From NCBI GenBank assembly GCA_964016885.1, contig OZ024741.1, positions 60,140,001 through 60,204,000 on the forward strand: a stretch of DNA of 64,000 bases, in the 5' to 3' direction. The stretch is from Eledone cirrhosa. Lineage: Eukaryota. How positions within the stretch are numbered: position 1 is the first letter of the stretch; every line of letters begins with the position of its first letter. A program made the position numbers and the translations under genes. Shown here piece by piece: positions 52,411 to 64,000 of the stretch. The notes beneath the pieces were generated by a model. The model ran no database searches. It saw only the letters and a program-made list of their open reading frames with translations, and was not told the origin of the DNA.

Positions 52411-52890
52411 TTAAGCTCGTGTTTGGAATACAACTTCAAAAAAGTTCTTACATAAAATTATGATGAAAAGATTTTAGATAAATACACAAACATTAACTCA
52501 TTCGTTAACATATTGCATATAATTTTCAAATAAGTTTCTAAATAATGAAATATTTGGAGGAATTTGATAAATATAACGAACATTCTTATTATTAAACCTG
52601 GTGTTTCGAACTGAACAAAAGTTCTTATTTTTATCTAAAACCTTTAAACAAATAGTCTTGTGTCTAAGAAGTAAGAGCAGTTTCAGGTGTTTTGCTAACA
52701 GTAGTATCCCAACTTGTTCCTCCGTTGAGGGTGTTTCATTCTGAACTATGATGTTGATTAATCTTAGCTAGTCAGGCTATCTCTACATTACAAAGGCGCT
52801 TTCATCAAAAATGGTTTGAATGCAAAGTCTCTCCCCCCTCTCTCTCTCTCTCTCTCTCAATCCCCCCCCTCTCTCTCTACACACACACAC

Positions 52891-52926
<36 letters not shown>

Positions 52927-53539
52927 CAAATTTTATATATATATATATATATATATGCTAGCAGAAGTACCCGGCGTTGCCCGGGTGTAAGTCGACCTTT
53001 GGTCTGTTAGAATGTGTGAAAGTTACTTCCCGCGCATCACAGGTTCAAAACTTCGAACTTCAATGGAAAAAAAATAGGTTAGTAGACACAGGTGTGTAAT
53101 TTATTAATTGTAGTTACACAGTGTATCGTTGAAATTGTTCTCTGCACGACTGACGGAAGTCAAAATCGCTTGATATTGAATGTTCAGTTAATTTAAAGCA
53201 GGGTGAAAATGTCGATTACTTTCAGGGTTTTTTTTTTTTACAATTTTTGCGCTCACATGTGCAGAAGAAGAATTAAAAGGGCCTTTATCTTAACCGCGGC
53301 ATAATGGCGAGTCTTTTGTGACAGTTTTCAAGAATATAGGACGTTCCTGTAAAAAGTTTTCCCATGTGTAACTTTGCCTTGTTTTTTTGCGCAAAGTCGA
53401 GCCCCGCTTCAGTTTTATTGATTTTTTACATCAATGCGTGATCTCTGAAGTAGATTTGAGTAGCTAAAAACCTTGTCCCGGTAAATTTGCTATAGGTGAA
53501 AAAAAGTTGATCAAAATTGTATCTAGGGTTATTGCCCTT

Positions 53540-53707
53540 TGCCACAGCCTCAAGCCTCGTCTGACGGGATGTTGGTGATTCCTCCGGCAGCGCTTGTTGG
53601 CGACGAAGGCGAACATCAGCAAGCCTTGTCGTACGTGATGTTGGTGACTCAACCAGCCGGGAAAGACGTCTATCAGCGAGTCGAGATTCGCGCTCAGCAG
53701 GTGTTTC
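53540..53707 (-). pseudogene. STPR-like repeat fragment (as in the N-terminus of Helitron RepHel proteins)
   Basis: ETPAERESRLADRRLSRLV-ESPTSRTTRLADVRLRRQQALPE-ESPTSRQTRLEAVA, directly after the acceptor-like ttttctctAG. It lacks a start codon and is not in the ORF track. Confidence 0.65.
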
Positions 53708-54146
53708 CTAGAGAAAATTAATTACTTCTAGTGGTTAGCTAAGCCAATGGCAGTGTCAATAGTAAATGAGAAAAGTCTAACATGAACAAAAGGGAATCAA
53801 GGTAAGACAATAAATTTAATATAACTACGATTAGAATGTTGTAGTTGCTTAAAAGTGGTGACAGTTAGGATAAACGCAGTACTTGCTAACATTAAGGGAG
53901 AATATTGCATAAAGGATTTAATCAATTGTGAATGAACTCATACCTGAGAACGCCTAATTCGTTGTCTCAAAGCAATAGCTATACCTTTTTTGGAGGTAAG
54001 TCTTGAACGTTTCCGTGTGGGCATAACGACGTGTAACGAAGCTGTTAGGTTAGAGAGAGGTGATTAAATACAGAGAGAGATGACACCAGATTCGTTAGCA
54101 TGGTTACTGGTGAATGGGAAGGTTTGGAAATATGATTACAATAACT

Positions 54147-54404
54147 TACCGAATTTTCCCGTCTATAAATTGCACTTAAAATAATTAAATTTAATCAAAA
54201 AACAGCTCTGCGCTTTATACTCCGGTGAGCCTTATGTATAAATATTACAATGGTAATCAATCACGGCTCTAACAGAAGTAATAGATCTAGACTAAAAGTA
54301 AAGATGATAGCATTTTCTGGTTGGCCTTACACGCCGTTGCGCGGACCTGATTTTAAATGATACGCCTTATATCCTGGTGAGCCTTATAGAGCGGAAAATA
54401 TCTA
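54147..54404. mobile_element. MITE of Tc1/mariner (Tc2/pogo-like) type nested in the Helitron
   Basis: TA-ccgaattttcccgtctataa ... ttatagagcggaaaatatc-TA degenerate TIRs. The internal motif cg(c/t)cttata..c.ggtgagccttat occurs twice. Confidence 0.6.
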
Positions 54405-55607
54405 TTGGAAAAGAATACGAATTCATGACCAAGGTGTGACAAAATAGGCGTCTATATAGCGCCTGAAACAAACTTGTCCAAAACCCTAGGATTTTTCTCG
54501 TTAAGTATCCACCCAAAAGGAACCGTTTTTTAGTTACAAAAAATAACCAAAGTGTATAGTAGCTATATTTCTGACATATCATGCCAAAAAGAACAATATA
54601 TTCAAAAAATGTTCTAAAGTACATTCAATCTCTATTTTTGACCGATATCTTAATAAGCAAGTTTTCGATTTTTTATTGGCTGTCAGTGTCTATCTGCATG
54701 CAGGTGTGCACGTGTGCGCAATTAATTGCAAATACGCTCATAACATTTAGTCGTAAGCAGAACAAAAAAATGCCATTAGAGTGGGCTAATAATGAAGACA
54801 CAAATCCTGGTGAACTTACATTTAAACACCCAAAAAGTTACTCACTTCCTGTGCAAAAGACTGTATTATAAATTAAGTAATTTTTTCGAATCTTTTGTTT
54901 AAAAAAGGAAAACACTGGTACGACGTAAATTTTTTTACTTGTATTGTATGTGTACAACACAACTTGGTCAACGTATTACTTAGTAATTTTTTTTCAAAAA
55001 GCATGATTATTTAAGACTGTTTGAAAATTTACTCACAGCTTTTAGGTTCACAAAAGACACCATTAAATTTGGTTCCCTTTTCAGATAGGCATAATACTGT
55101 ATTTCCACTTGAATAAGGTGGAATATGAAAAGAAACTCTTTAATGGTCGGTCGTTTACTGAGACAGCTGGGAAGACATGCAGCTGGCCGTCCAATCAATA
55201 ACGCACGTCCTTATATGGGCATATGAAATTTATTTTTATTGCGCCAGATGTAAACTAAGAGTTCTTGTGTTCGAATTTACATAAAATTTCATTGGAATCG
55301 AAAAACATTCTGTCATAGGGCCCGATTATCGATTTTTCGAAACTTTCAAGCAGCCTATTCCACTCTACGCGTTGAGTTTTATATATGTGTGAGGTTTCAT
55401 GAAAATTGGATGAACGGTGTAGCAGGCAAGTTCGGTACACTAAACAATGTCCATCTTCCCTTTATATATATAAATTATTTATTAATTATTTATTAAAATA
55501 ACAATTAAATATTTGCTCTACGGTTCTTATATATCTGATAGATATTATATATTTATCCTTATCGAGCGCTCTTTGGATTTTAGTCTGCAAATTTATTATT
55601 ATTACTA

Positions 55608-55727
55608 TATATAGTAATAATAGAGATATATTAGTATATATAGTAATAGAGATATATAATAATAATTAGTATATATAGTAATAGAGATATATAATAATAG
55701 AGATATATTACTATATATAGTAATAAT
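55608..55727. repeat. Short degenerate tandem repeat (tatatatagtaataatagagata)
   Basis: About four imperfect units, seen directly. Confidence 0.75.
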
Positions 55728-55911
55728 TGTTTCTACTTTAGGCACAAGGCCAGCAATTACCCAGTGCATTACTGGTACTTTATTTTATCGACCCCGTAAG
55801 GATGAAAGGCAAAGTTAACCTCGGCGGGATTTGAACTCAGAATGGAAAGGGCCGTAATTCTATCCTGCAAAGCATGGCGTCAGACCCTCTACCGATACTG
55901 CCAATTCACCG
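55728..55911 (-). mobile_element. SINE family A, full length, TSD TAGTAATAAT
   Basis: A/B boxes and core as at 2925-3136, with the duplication at 55718-55727 and 55912-55921. Confidence 0.88.
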
Positions 55912-55918
55912 TAGTAAT

Positions 55919-56378
<460 letters not shown>

Positions 56379-56435
56379 ATATATATATATATATATTTAA
56401 TATATATGCATCATATATATATAAAATATGTATTT

Positions 56436-56522
<87 letters not shown>

Positions 56523-57131
56523 AGTGGTAAAAAAACGGGAGGTTATATCCGTAGTAAGTAGAGCACTTACTTTATAGGACGAGTTCGGCAAAGACCTAGT
56601 TTCACAGCAATGGACTTTCAACCAGACTCGAATTGAAAATCCGCGTCCTCGAGTATGGTTTGCTAATTTTTTATGGAACTAACTATATATATATATAAGA
56701 TCTAAATTTATATCTATAAGATGCCACGTAGTGTGATCGAACCCAATACCTAATAATTTCGTAACGATATTTTTAAATATTTGGTAAATAACGTTGGTTA
56801 CTGCTCTTTTACAAAAACTTAGTGCTTCTATTGACAGAATCCTGAATATAAGACCAGACAAGTTATATTGATCAATTGACATACTCTCACCTCTCAATTA
56901 CCAGTGACATAATTTTCTATTATGCTGTCAGCTTAAGATTTTATCAAACCTCTCTCCGACTATTATATATTTAGTTTCTGTTCTCTGTGGTGAGGAAAGA
57001 TACGTCTACCACCTAAAAATAGCCAAGTTATTACGCCTATAATAAACTACTTGGATTATTGGCCACTTAACTACATCATCTCGTAGTGACTTTTATTGGC
57101 AACATTCTCATTGGCTACTCAATATTCTAAC

Positions 57132-57430
57132 AGCACATGGCTTCGTCGTTTTGACCCACCACCATATGGTTATGAGTTCTATTCCTTCAGCAAAACACTT
57201 TGTTTCACATTGTTCCAGTACATTCAGCTGATAAAACTGAAGTATACCAGGGATTCAAATGGCTAGCCTCGTCTCACACCATATCAAGTTGAATCTCCCC
57301 AAAAAGAGTACTACTTTAAGGTTACACATGACTGTTGAATGCTGAGACACTTCCACGTTAATTTCACAAGCAGTCTGTTCAATTGTTCAAGCAACTTAAA
57401 AATTCATCGTGGGAACCGAGGAAGGTCCAA
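57132..57430 (+). mobile_element. SINE family B, decayed
   Basis: tRNA-like head (gagttctattcc) and the shared tail ttaaggttacacatg..cacgttaatttcacaagcagtctgttc..ggaaccgaggaaggtcca. Confidence 0.6.
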
Positions 57431-57597
57431 TGCCTTTTAAAATCATTTCAACAGAAATAGTTTTATTCGAGATACAACAGAAAATATTTTGGTAAAACAA
57501 TATAGAATTCTATATCTATTACGATCATAAAAAGAGAACATTCCAAGCTATTAAGCTACACACATTAAAAATTAGACACTAACCTTTTCACATTATG

Positions 57598-57786
57598 ATG
57601 GTGGATTGGTAGTATCGGTAGAGAGTCGGACGCCATGCTTTGCAGCAAAGAGTTACGGCTCTATATGGTCTGAGTTCAAATCCCGCCGAGCTTAACTTTG
57701 CCTTTCATCCTTACGGGGTCGATAAAATAAAGTACCAGTAATGCACTGGATATTTGTTGGCCTTGTGCCAAAAGTAGAAACAATTG
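57598..57786 (+). mobile_element. SINE family A, full length
   Basis: TGGTAGTATCGGT, GAGTTCAAATCCC, CCTTTCATCCTTACGGGGTCGATAAAATAAAGTACCAG and tail agaaacaatt. Confidence 0.88.
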
Positions 57787-57802
57787 TGATATAGAATTAT
57801 TG

Positions 57803-57950
57803 CCCTTTGCGTTCTGAGTTCAAATCCCGCCGAAGTTAGCCTTGCCTTTCATCCTTACGAGGTCGATAAAATAATGCACGAGTCGATTTAATCGACTTCC
57901 CCCTACCCCTTCAAATTGCTAGCCTTGTGTCTAAAATAGAAACAATTATG
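57803..57950 (+). mobile_element. SINE family A, second tandem 5'-truncated copy
   Basis: ctgagttcaaatcccgccgaag..cctttcatccttacgaggtcgataaaata..cttgtgtctaaaatagaaacaatt. Confidence 0.85.
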
Positions 57951-58442
57951 ATTATCAGAACCAATTCTCATATTTTACAATACAGTAATACATTGTGCTT
58001 GTTTAATCTCCAATATGTGTTTATTTATTAATTCACGTTAAGACACTGCACTACTTGATATCGAACTTATAAACTACTGATCATGAGGCGAACATTCTAA
58101 CACTAAAATACACACCTTCACTTCTACCCATATAGACACAAGCGTAGAGATTGATTACGAGAAACAATATTCATGTTAATCTTGAATCTGTATTCCTTTA
58201 TTATCCACGTTTAGACACATGTGACACCGATTGTATGACATAGATTCACTCGCAGTCATTCAGTCCAAAAGTATACACTTTCTATACAAAATTATATTAC
58301 ATTTCGAAATATCATTTACCGATATTTGTATTATGATTTGTATAATATATACATATTTTCAATTTTCTAACATGATGGGGAAAAATATTAATTTTCTAAG
58401 TTTACTTCAAGCATTTCATATATAGTGATTCATCTATACCAG

Positions 58443-58509
<67 letters not shown>

Positions 58510-58617
58510 ATATATCCATATGTATACATGAGTATATATATATATATATATGTATGTATATATATATGTATGTATGTGTGTGTATCAAGCATTTCATATA
58601 TATTTATTCATCTATAT

Positions 58618-58669
<52 letters not shown>

Positions 58670-58751
58670 GTGACTCACTTCCAGATTTAACCCTTTTAAT
58701 AAGCACTTTAATGTTATTAATTTAGCTTATATACATCTCACTCTCTTTCTG

Positions 58752-58823
<72 letters not shown>

Positions 58824-58850
58824 ATGTGTGTGTGTGTATGTGTGTGTGTG

Positions 58851-58909
<59 letters not shown>

Positions 58910-58927
58910 GTGTGTGTGTGTGTGTGT
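58443..58927. repeat. (TA)n/(TG)n microsatellite mosaic
   Basis: Seen directly. Confidence 0.9.
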
Positions 58928-59099
58928 TAGTTCCATCTGGTAAATGTTGTGGGTAAAAGAGGCTTCGTTTGATTCCGGATTGCAGGAATACCTCTTCGTT
59001 CAATAAAGAAGAAAATGATGCAATCTGAGCAAAGAATTAGGCTTACAAATCCTGGCTTGGAAATAAGTTCTCTTTCTTGCATTTACGGTACGTGTAGAC

Positions 59100-59930
59100 C
59101 GGAAGAATCGCAGCAGAGAGAGTTAAGACGTCCAAAGTTAAGACTTAGGAGATCTTTGGAGTTAAGTTGGAATCCAACTTTAGATCAGCAAATAAAATGT
59201 TCTAGCAGACCATACGCCGACTTTGTAATAAGAAGCACTTCTTGACACCTGCTATCAAGAACGCGACTGGGATTCTCCTCTCTTCAGAGAGGTGCATCCG
59301 TGCGAGGTGGAGAGAATACTTTGCTGATCTCCTAAATCCGATCATAACAGCATAATTTGATGTACATGGGATGCATGGAGCTGATGAACAGTGCGGTATT
59401 CGCCCCAGATGCAGCACAGTGGACCAAATATTCACACTTCGGCAGATCTTCGGGGAATCGTAGGAGTATTGCCAAGAGGTATATTCTTGTTTTGTCAACC
59501 TTGAAAAAGAATATGACTGCGTTCCTCGGGACCTGCTGTGGAAGGTTTTACAGGAATATGGGACTAATGGCAGGCTTCTTGCTGCACTGATGTCTCTATA
59601 CAAATTCCCGAGTATTTGTGTTTGGATAAATGCTGCTAAATCGAAACCATTCAAAATGGGAGTCGGACGTCACCAAGGGTGAGTACTGTCACCTCTGCGG
59701 TTCATTATTTACATGAATAGGATTAACATGCGCAGCCGGGTGGAAGTGGTATCATGACAAGAAGGGGGAAAATCGTTCGACTGGAATTTGCAGACGACAT
59801 GGTGTTACTTAACTCGCCAAAATGTGATCTCCGACTTGCACTTGATAGTTTTGATGCCGAGTGCTGCATGGCTGGAATGAAAATTAGTGCTGCGAAAACT
59901 GAGGCATTACTACTCTTAGGAGGCCTGCGC
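59100..59930 (+). mobile_element. RTE-clade LINE RT fragment, decayed
   Basis: RWREYFADLLN, EQCGIRPRCSTVDQIFTLRQI, CFVNLEKEYDCVPRDLLW, GVGRHQG*VLSPLRFIIYM and LEFADDMVLL..GMKISAAKTEAL. Confidence 0.88.
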
Positions 59931-60139
59931 GGTGAACTCTACATGTGAAGCAGGTGTATATATGTGTGTGAATTCATATATATATCTATCTTTTTCTATA
60001 AATAAAGATAATGTCATAGCTATATGCATATATACATTGAATATATTTATGCATATATAAACTCTATTAACTTCTATCTGTTCTCCCGATTGCCTCAGGC
60101 CATGCTGGAGCACTGCCATTCTAGCTACACTTTCTCTAG

Positions 60140-60350
60140 CCAACCTTACTTGGTTGGCGTTTGATGTTAGAAAGAGCTTTCGCTACCGTTCTTCTTTGTA
60201 ATTCGTCTCCTGCTGTGGGTTCATATGGGATCTTGTTTAGCAGAATGTGGAGATATTTCTTTACGGCATTTATATCTCTGAGGCTTTTTGGCAGCTTATT
60301 AAAAAGCTGAGGATCTTTGAACCCCATGCTGTTGCAGTATGTGGTCCAAA
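60140..60350 (-). mobile_element. CR1/L2-group LINE 3' fragment
   Basis: CNSMGFKDPQLFNKLPKSLRD..KKYLHILLNKIPYEP parallels [25 protein letters not shown] of the 24.2-25.6 kb LINE. Confidence 0.7.
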
Positions 60351-62026
60351 CTCTGCCTTCCCTTTTTCATAGGTGAAACTAAGTTCAGTTTCAATTTCAA
60401 GGTGTGTCTACTTCAAATGTCATTACTTATTGTGCTTTAGCTGTATATTTAGCCGGTTTGAAATCTTCGTTCTTCCTCTCATAAGGGTTTTTTAGTCTCA
60501 GGGAATAAAACATTTGTGTCGGTTGACCTATATTTCTGAAGCAAACGTAAAGCATATGGTTTGTATTATTGCTATGAATTGCTCAAGCTGCATGTTGGGG
60601 TCTGGTCTAAACAGACTGTCGGTCCTGATCTGCTTCCGGATTTCTACCCGAATCCCTTTCCTGTTAGTTTTGTGGAAGTTTTGGATGGAAAGAATCCAGG
60701 TACTGCATATTTACAGTTATTCTTAGACTACAAGTTGTTAGTTTTACTCAAGAAAATTGTCGGTGTCACCATTACATTGCGGATGAGCGCCGTGTAATTT
60801 GTGAAGAAGTAGACGTAGATCAAACAGATCTGAGCAGTGAGACAAAGAGTGGCAGTGGAGATGAAGAAGAAACGCAGTGAGTAGAGTGATGTTGTGCTGA
60901 AAAGGACCTGACAACACATGCAAGCGTGGAAAAAAACGGACATAAAAATGTTGATGAATATGATGATGATGAGAACCAGGCAATGATCAGCTAATGTTGA
61001 CTATAGTACTATTTGTTCCATGAACAGTCAGTCTGTAAGTTCCAGCAAGTATTCTGTTTATCTTTGTTCACCTAATGGCATTCATGTGAGGAGGAAGGCT
61101 TCGGGCCATTTCACATTGTATATATATATATATATATCTGTGTGTGTGGTGGGGGGGGGGGGGGGGGGTAAATATATATACATTTACATGTATATGTGTG
61201 TGTGTGTGTGTGGATGTCACTGGCTAGAGATTAACGAATCTTGAATCAGTACTGCCATAGAGCAGATCGGTTACCCCGATGTTCCACTCTGAATGACAAA
61301 CTAAAGGAGTTCAACTCGGCTGGGTTCTCGTCACAACTGGAGCCAGCTGGCCAGCCTCCAGACGGAATACTTCTCATTCGAGGGAAGTAAATCCTTAATT
61401 TTGGATGCCACCAACTGCACCTCCTTCCCAATTCTAAACCTGTCGCTTCGCCCGCAAATCCGGGTTCTGCCCTCAGCAATGCAGAGGAGAGGAAGATAAT
61501 CAAATACCGGGTCTTGGTGGCCATTTGCTTTTTGCACGGGTTGCCGTCAAGACCTCAGGAGTCCTTGGTCCGTACCTAAAAATCGGGAATACTACAGCCC
61601 ACCTAAATAGCGCCGTAATATAGTATGGCTGTTGCAGAGAATGCAGCTTAATATTTTCCGTGGCAAGGCCTTCACCATTTTGTCTGTGGGGTGCAACTGA
61701 AACCTACCTCTCAGACAGAAGTGAACAGATTGTCGCATCGTCCGCTCTTTACTTTTCCTTCGCTGCTTAATTTTTTTCTTTTTCTTCTCTGTTTTTGTCG
61801 TTTCCTTATTGCTATATATTGTACTGCTTAAAATACTTTACATATCTCTGGTCCTTTAATAATGACGTAGGTGACGTTGATGATTGACATAATATCGAAC
61901 ATAATGACACTTGTTACATTGAGATTTACTCAAGAAGAGTGGCGTAAAGGCGAATTTAATGGAGGCCGAATGACGTAAAGCTCTATAAAACTGTGTATAT
62001 ATGCATACACACATGCATCGGTAATA

Positions 62027-62125
62027 TTGTTTCTACTATTGGCACAAGGTCAGCAATTACACCAGTGCATTACTGGTGCTTTATTTTATCGACCTCGTAA
62101 GGATGAAATGCAAAGTTAACCTCGG
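62027..62125 (-). mobile_element. SINE family A, 5'-truncated, TSD CGGTAATA
   Basis: Family A tail and core, with the duplication at 62019-62026 and 62126-62133. Confidence 0.82.
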
Positions 62126-62339
62126 CGGTAATAGTGACGTAAAATCATGTACCCATTTATATTTATTAAAGAGGGAGTTCGGCATGAGATTATTCTTCTA
62201 AATTAAGATGGCTTTGTTCTATCTGTCTTCGAGCTGTTATTCATATGTGTGATATATAATTGTTCTTCTTACCGACAAATAGACACATCTGTCAGGCAGA
62301 CAAACAGATAAATAAAGGTTGGCTGCTAGACTGATAGGC

Positions 62340-62632
<293 letters not shown>

Positions 62633-62745
62633 GAATGTAAGTATAGTATATTTGGCAATATTAAATTAAAAACATTTTGAAGACCTTGCGCTATCATTTT
62701 AAAGTAATGACTATATCCCTTACTTCTTTGTTTTTCAGCAAAGAA

Positions 62746-62806
62746 GGGAGTGCAGCTGACAGATTCTGCTTGACACTGTTGGTGTTCCTCACAGCAACGT
62801 ACTCCC
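62746..62806 (-). ncRNA. Hammerhead motif, complete but core-mutated copy
   Basis: Minus strand: gggagtacgttgct GTGAGGA acac-caaca-gtgt CAAG cagaatctg TC agctgcactccc. Confidence 0.55.
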
Positions 62807-63092
62807 TGCCTTGCCGAACATTTTCGAGGCTGGATTCTCATAGAATTCCAGTAATAATTAGCAACTGATTACACAGAGCGATTGCCGGTCCAGCAAAAAT
62901 TGAAAATGTTTTTAATTAAACATACGGTATATTGCCAAATATACTATACATACATTCATGTATACATCGTTATTTCAGCGAACCATTCCTAATTTTCAAT
63001 TTTTGCTGGACCGGCAATCGCTATGTATAATCAGTTCCTGGTTATTACTGGAATTCTATAAGAATCCAGCCTCTATAATTTTCGGCAAGGGA

Positions 63093-63138
63093 GGGAGTGC
63101 GTTGCTCTGAGGAACAGCAACAGTGTGAAACAGAATCT
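63093..63138 (+). ncRNA. Hammerhead motif, intact core but 3'-truncated copy
   Basis: gggagtgcgttgct CTGAGGA acagcaacagtgt GAAA cagaatct|, breaking just before the GUC cleavage triplet. Confidence 0.6.
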
Positions 63139-63379
63139 CAAGATACTTTAGAGAATATCAATAGATATCCCGACAAGATTGACGGTATAAATATGGCCGA
63201 CATCTCATTAACAGATGAATTCAACAACAACAACACAAATATATACGGCAACACTACGGTCGACTCTGATGAACTATCCATATTACAACTACCACCTAAG
63301 TATGCCACATTTAATAAGGTAAATATGATTAAATGCTTGTCAGAAATAGAAAAATCATTTACAAAATTACGTTGGAGCC

Positions 63380-63960
63380 CAAAAACAAAAACAAAAACAA
63401 AAATAGCAACATTCGCACACACACACATATATACAACACACATCTCAACAACAACAGACACACAGACACAAACAACAATAACAACAACCCACACATCAAC
63501 AATAATAACATACTCAGAAACAACAACAACAGACACGCAGACACAAACAACAATAACAACACACACAACAATAATAACATACACGGAGACAACAACAACA
63601 ACACACATCAACAACAGCACACATTAACAACAACAACAACAACAACAACAAACACACACACATATTCAATGCCTCTCACCACCACCACAATCTTAACAAA
63701 CACACAGACACAGAAAACATGTAATGACAGTAGCACAGAAATAAGGGAAGGTAATAGGATTGAAAGGAGCAGGGAGACAATGGACAGTGAAAATAACCAG
63801 GACGAACAAACAGACACACAAAATAGAGTATATAATAACAATGAGCCAGAGGAAAGAGACAGGAGTAATAATGAGAGACATAGAAACAACCATGAGGCTG
63901 TTGGTGGAAATAGAAATAGAAACAACACAACTAACAATAATAATAGCACTAGTACACATA
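63380..63960. repeat. A/C-rich low-complexity tract, (ACA)n-like
   Basis: Seen directly. It explains the Thr-rich and Val/Leu-rich ORFs. Confidence 0.8.
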
Positions 63961-64000
63961 AAGCAGCAGCCTGGAACTCTACTTTTTATAATCCCTCCGA

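Larger units (their letters stand above)
52958..55474 (-). mobile_element. Non-autonomous Helitron
   Basis: Minus-strand 3' end has the hairpin ACCCGGGCAACGCCGGGT followed by ACTTCTG-CTAG. The 5' end tttatatatataaagggaag fits a decayed TC-TATATATA start, and an STPR-like peptide lies inside. Confidence 0.75.
62640..63380 (+). mobile_element. PLE remnant: inverted pseudo-LTR arms (62761-62907 / 62992-63138) followed by a PLE N-terminal-like ORF piece
   Basis: The arms are reverse complements. ORF 63097 contains DSDELSILQLPPKYA..EIEKSFTKLRW, resembling EIQLLENGLKFTP..EEYCRKLRL of the 48-50 kb PLE. Confidence 0.65.

Noticed and set aside
55608-55727. CRISPR-like repeat array
   Set aside because: AT-rich degenerate tandem units without unique spacers, in eukaryotic context with no cas genes.
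57598-57690. tRNA gene (A and B boxes)
   Set aside because: No cloverleaf, and it is followed by a SINE core and tail with many dispersed copies.
63380-63960. Mucin-like Thr-rich ORF and hydrophobic antisense ORFs
   Set aside because: They derive from the (ACA)n low-complexity tract, with no signal peptide or splice support.

Overview
This window is AT-rich, repeat-saturated animal DNA. The SINE types, microsatellite load and retroelement mix suggest an octopus-like cephalopod (inference). I cannot call any host protein-coding gene with confidence, and the very long YI/YT/CV ORFs are translations of (TA)n/(CA)n tracts. Non-LTR LINE remnants belong to four groups: R4/Dong-like, Tx1/L1-like, CR1/L2-like and RTE-like. 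There is also a decayed mariner, a non-autonomous Helitron carrying STPR-like repeats and a nested MITE, and two tRNA-derived SINE families. The largest component is Penelope-like elements (PLEs, RT plus GIY-YIG endonuclease) and their non-coding derivatives, nested in long interrupted (TA)n arrays at about 20.5-45.4 kb. The main hidden signal is about ten sequence-unrelated families that each carry a minimal type I hammerhead-ribozyme motif (CUGANGA or the U3-A8 variant UUGANAA ... GAAA ... UH). Most have a palindromic stem III, and they often sit in short fold-back, protein-free mini-elements inserted in TA tracts. Coordinates were counted by eye and may be off by a few nt.
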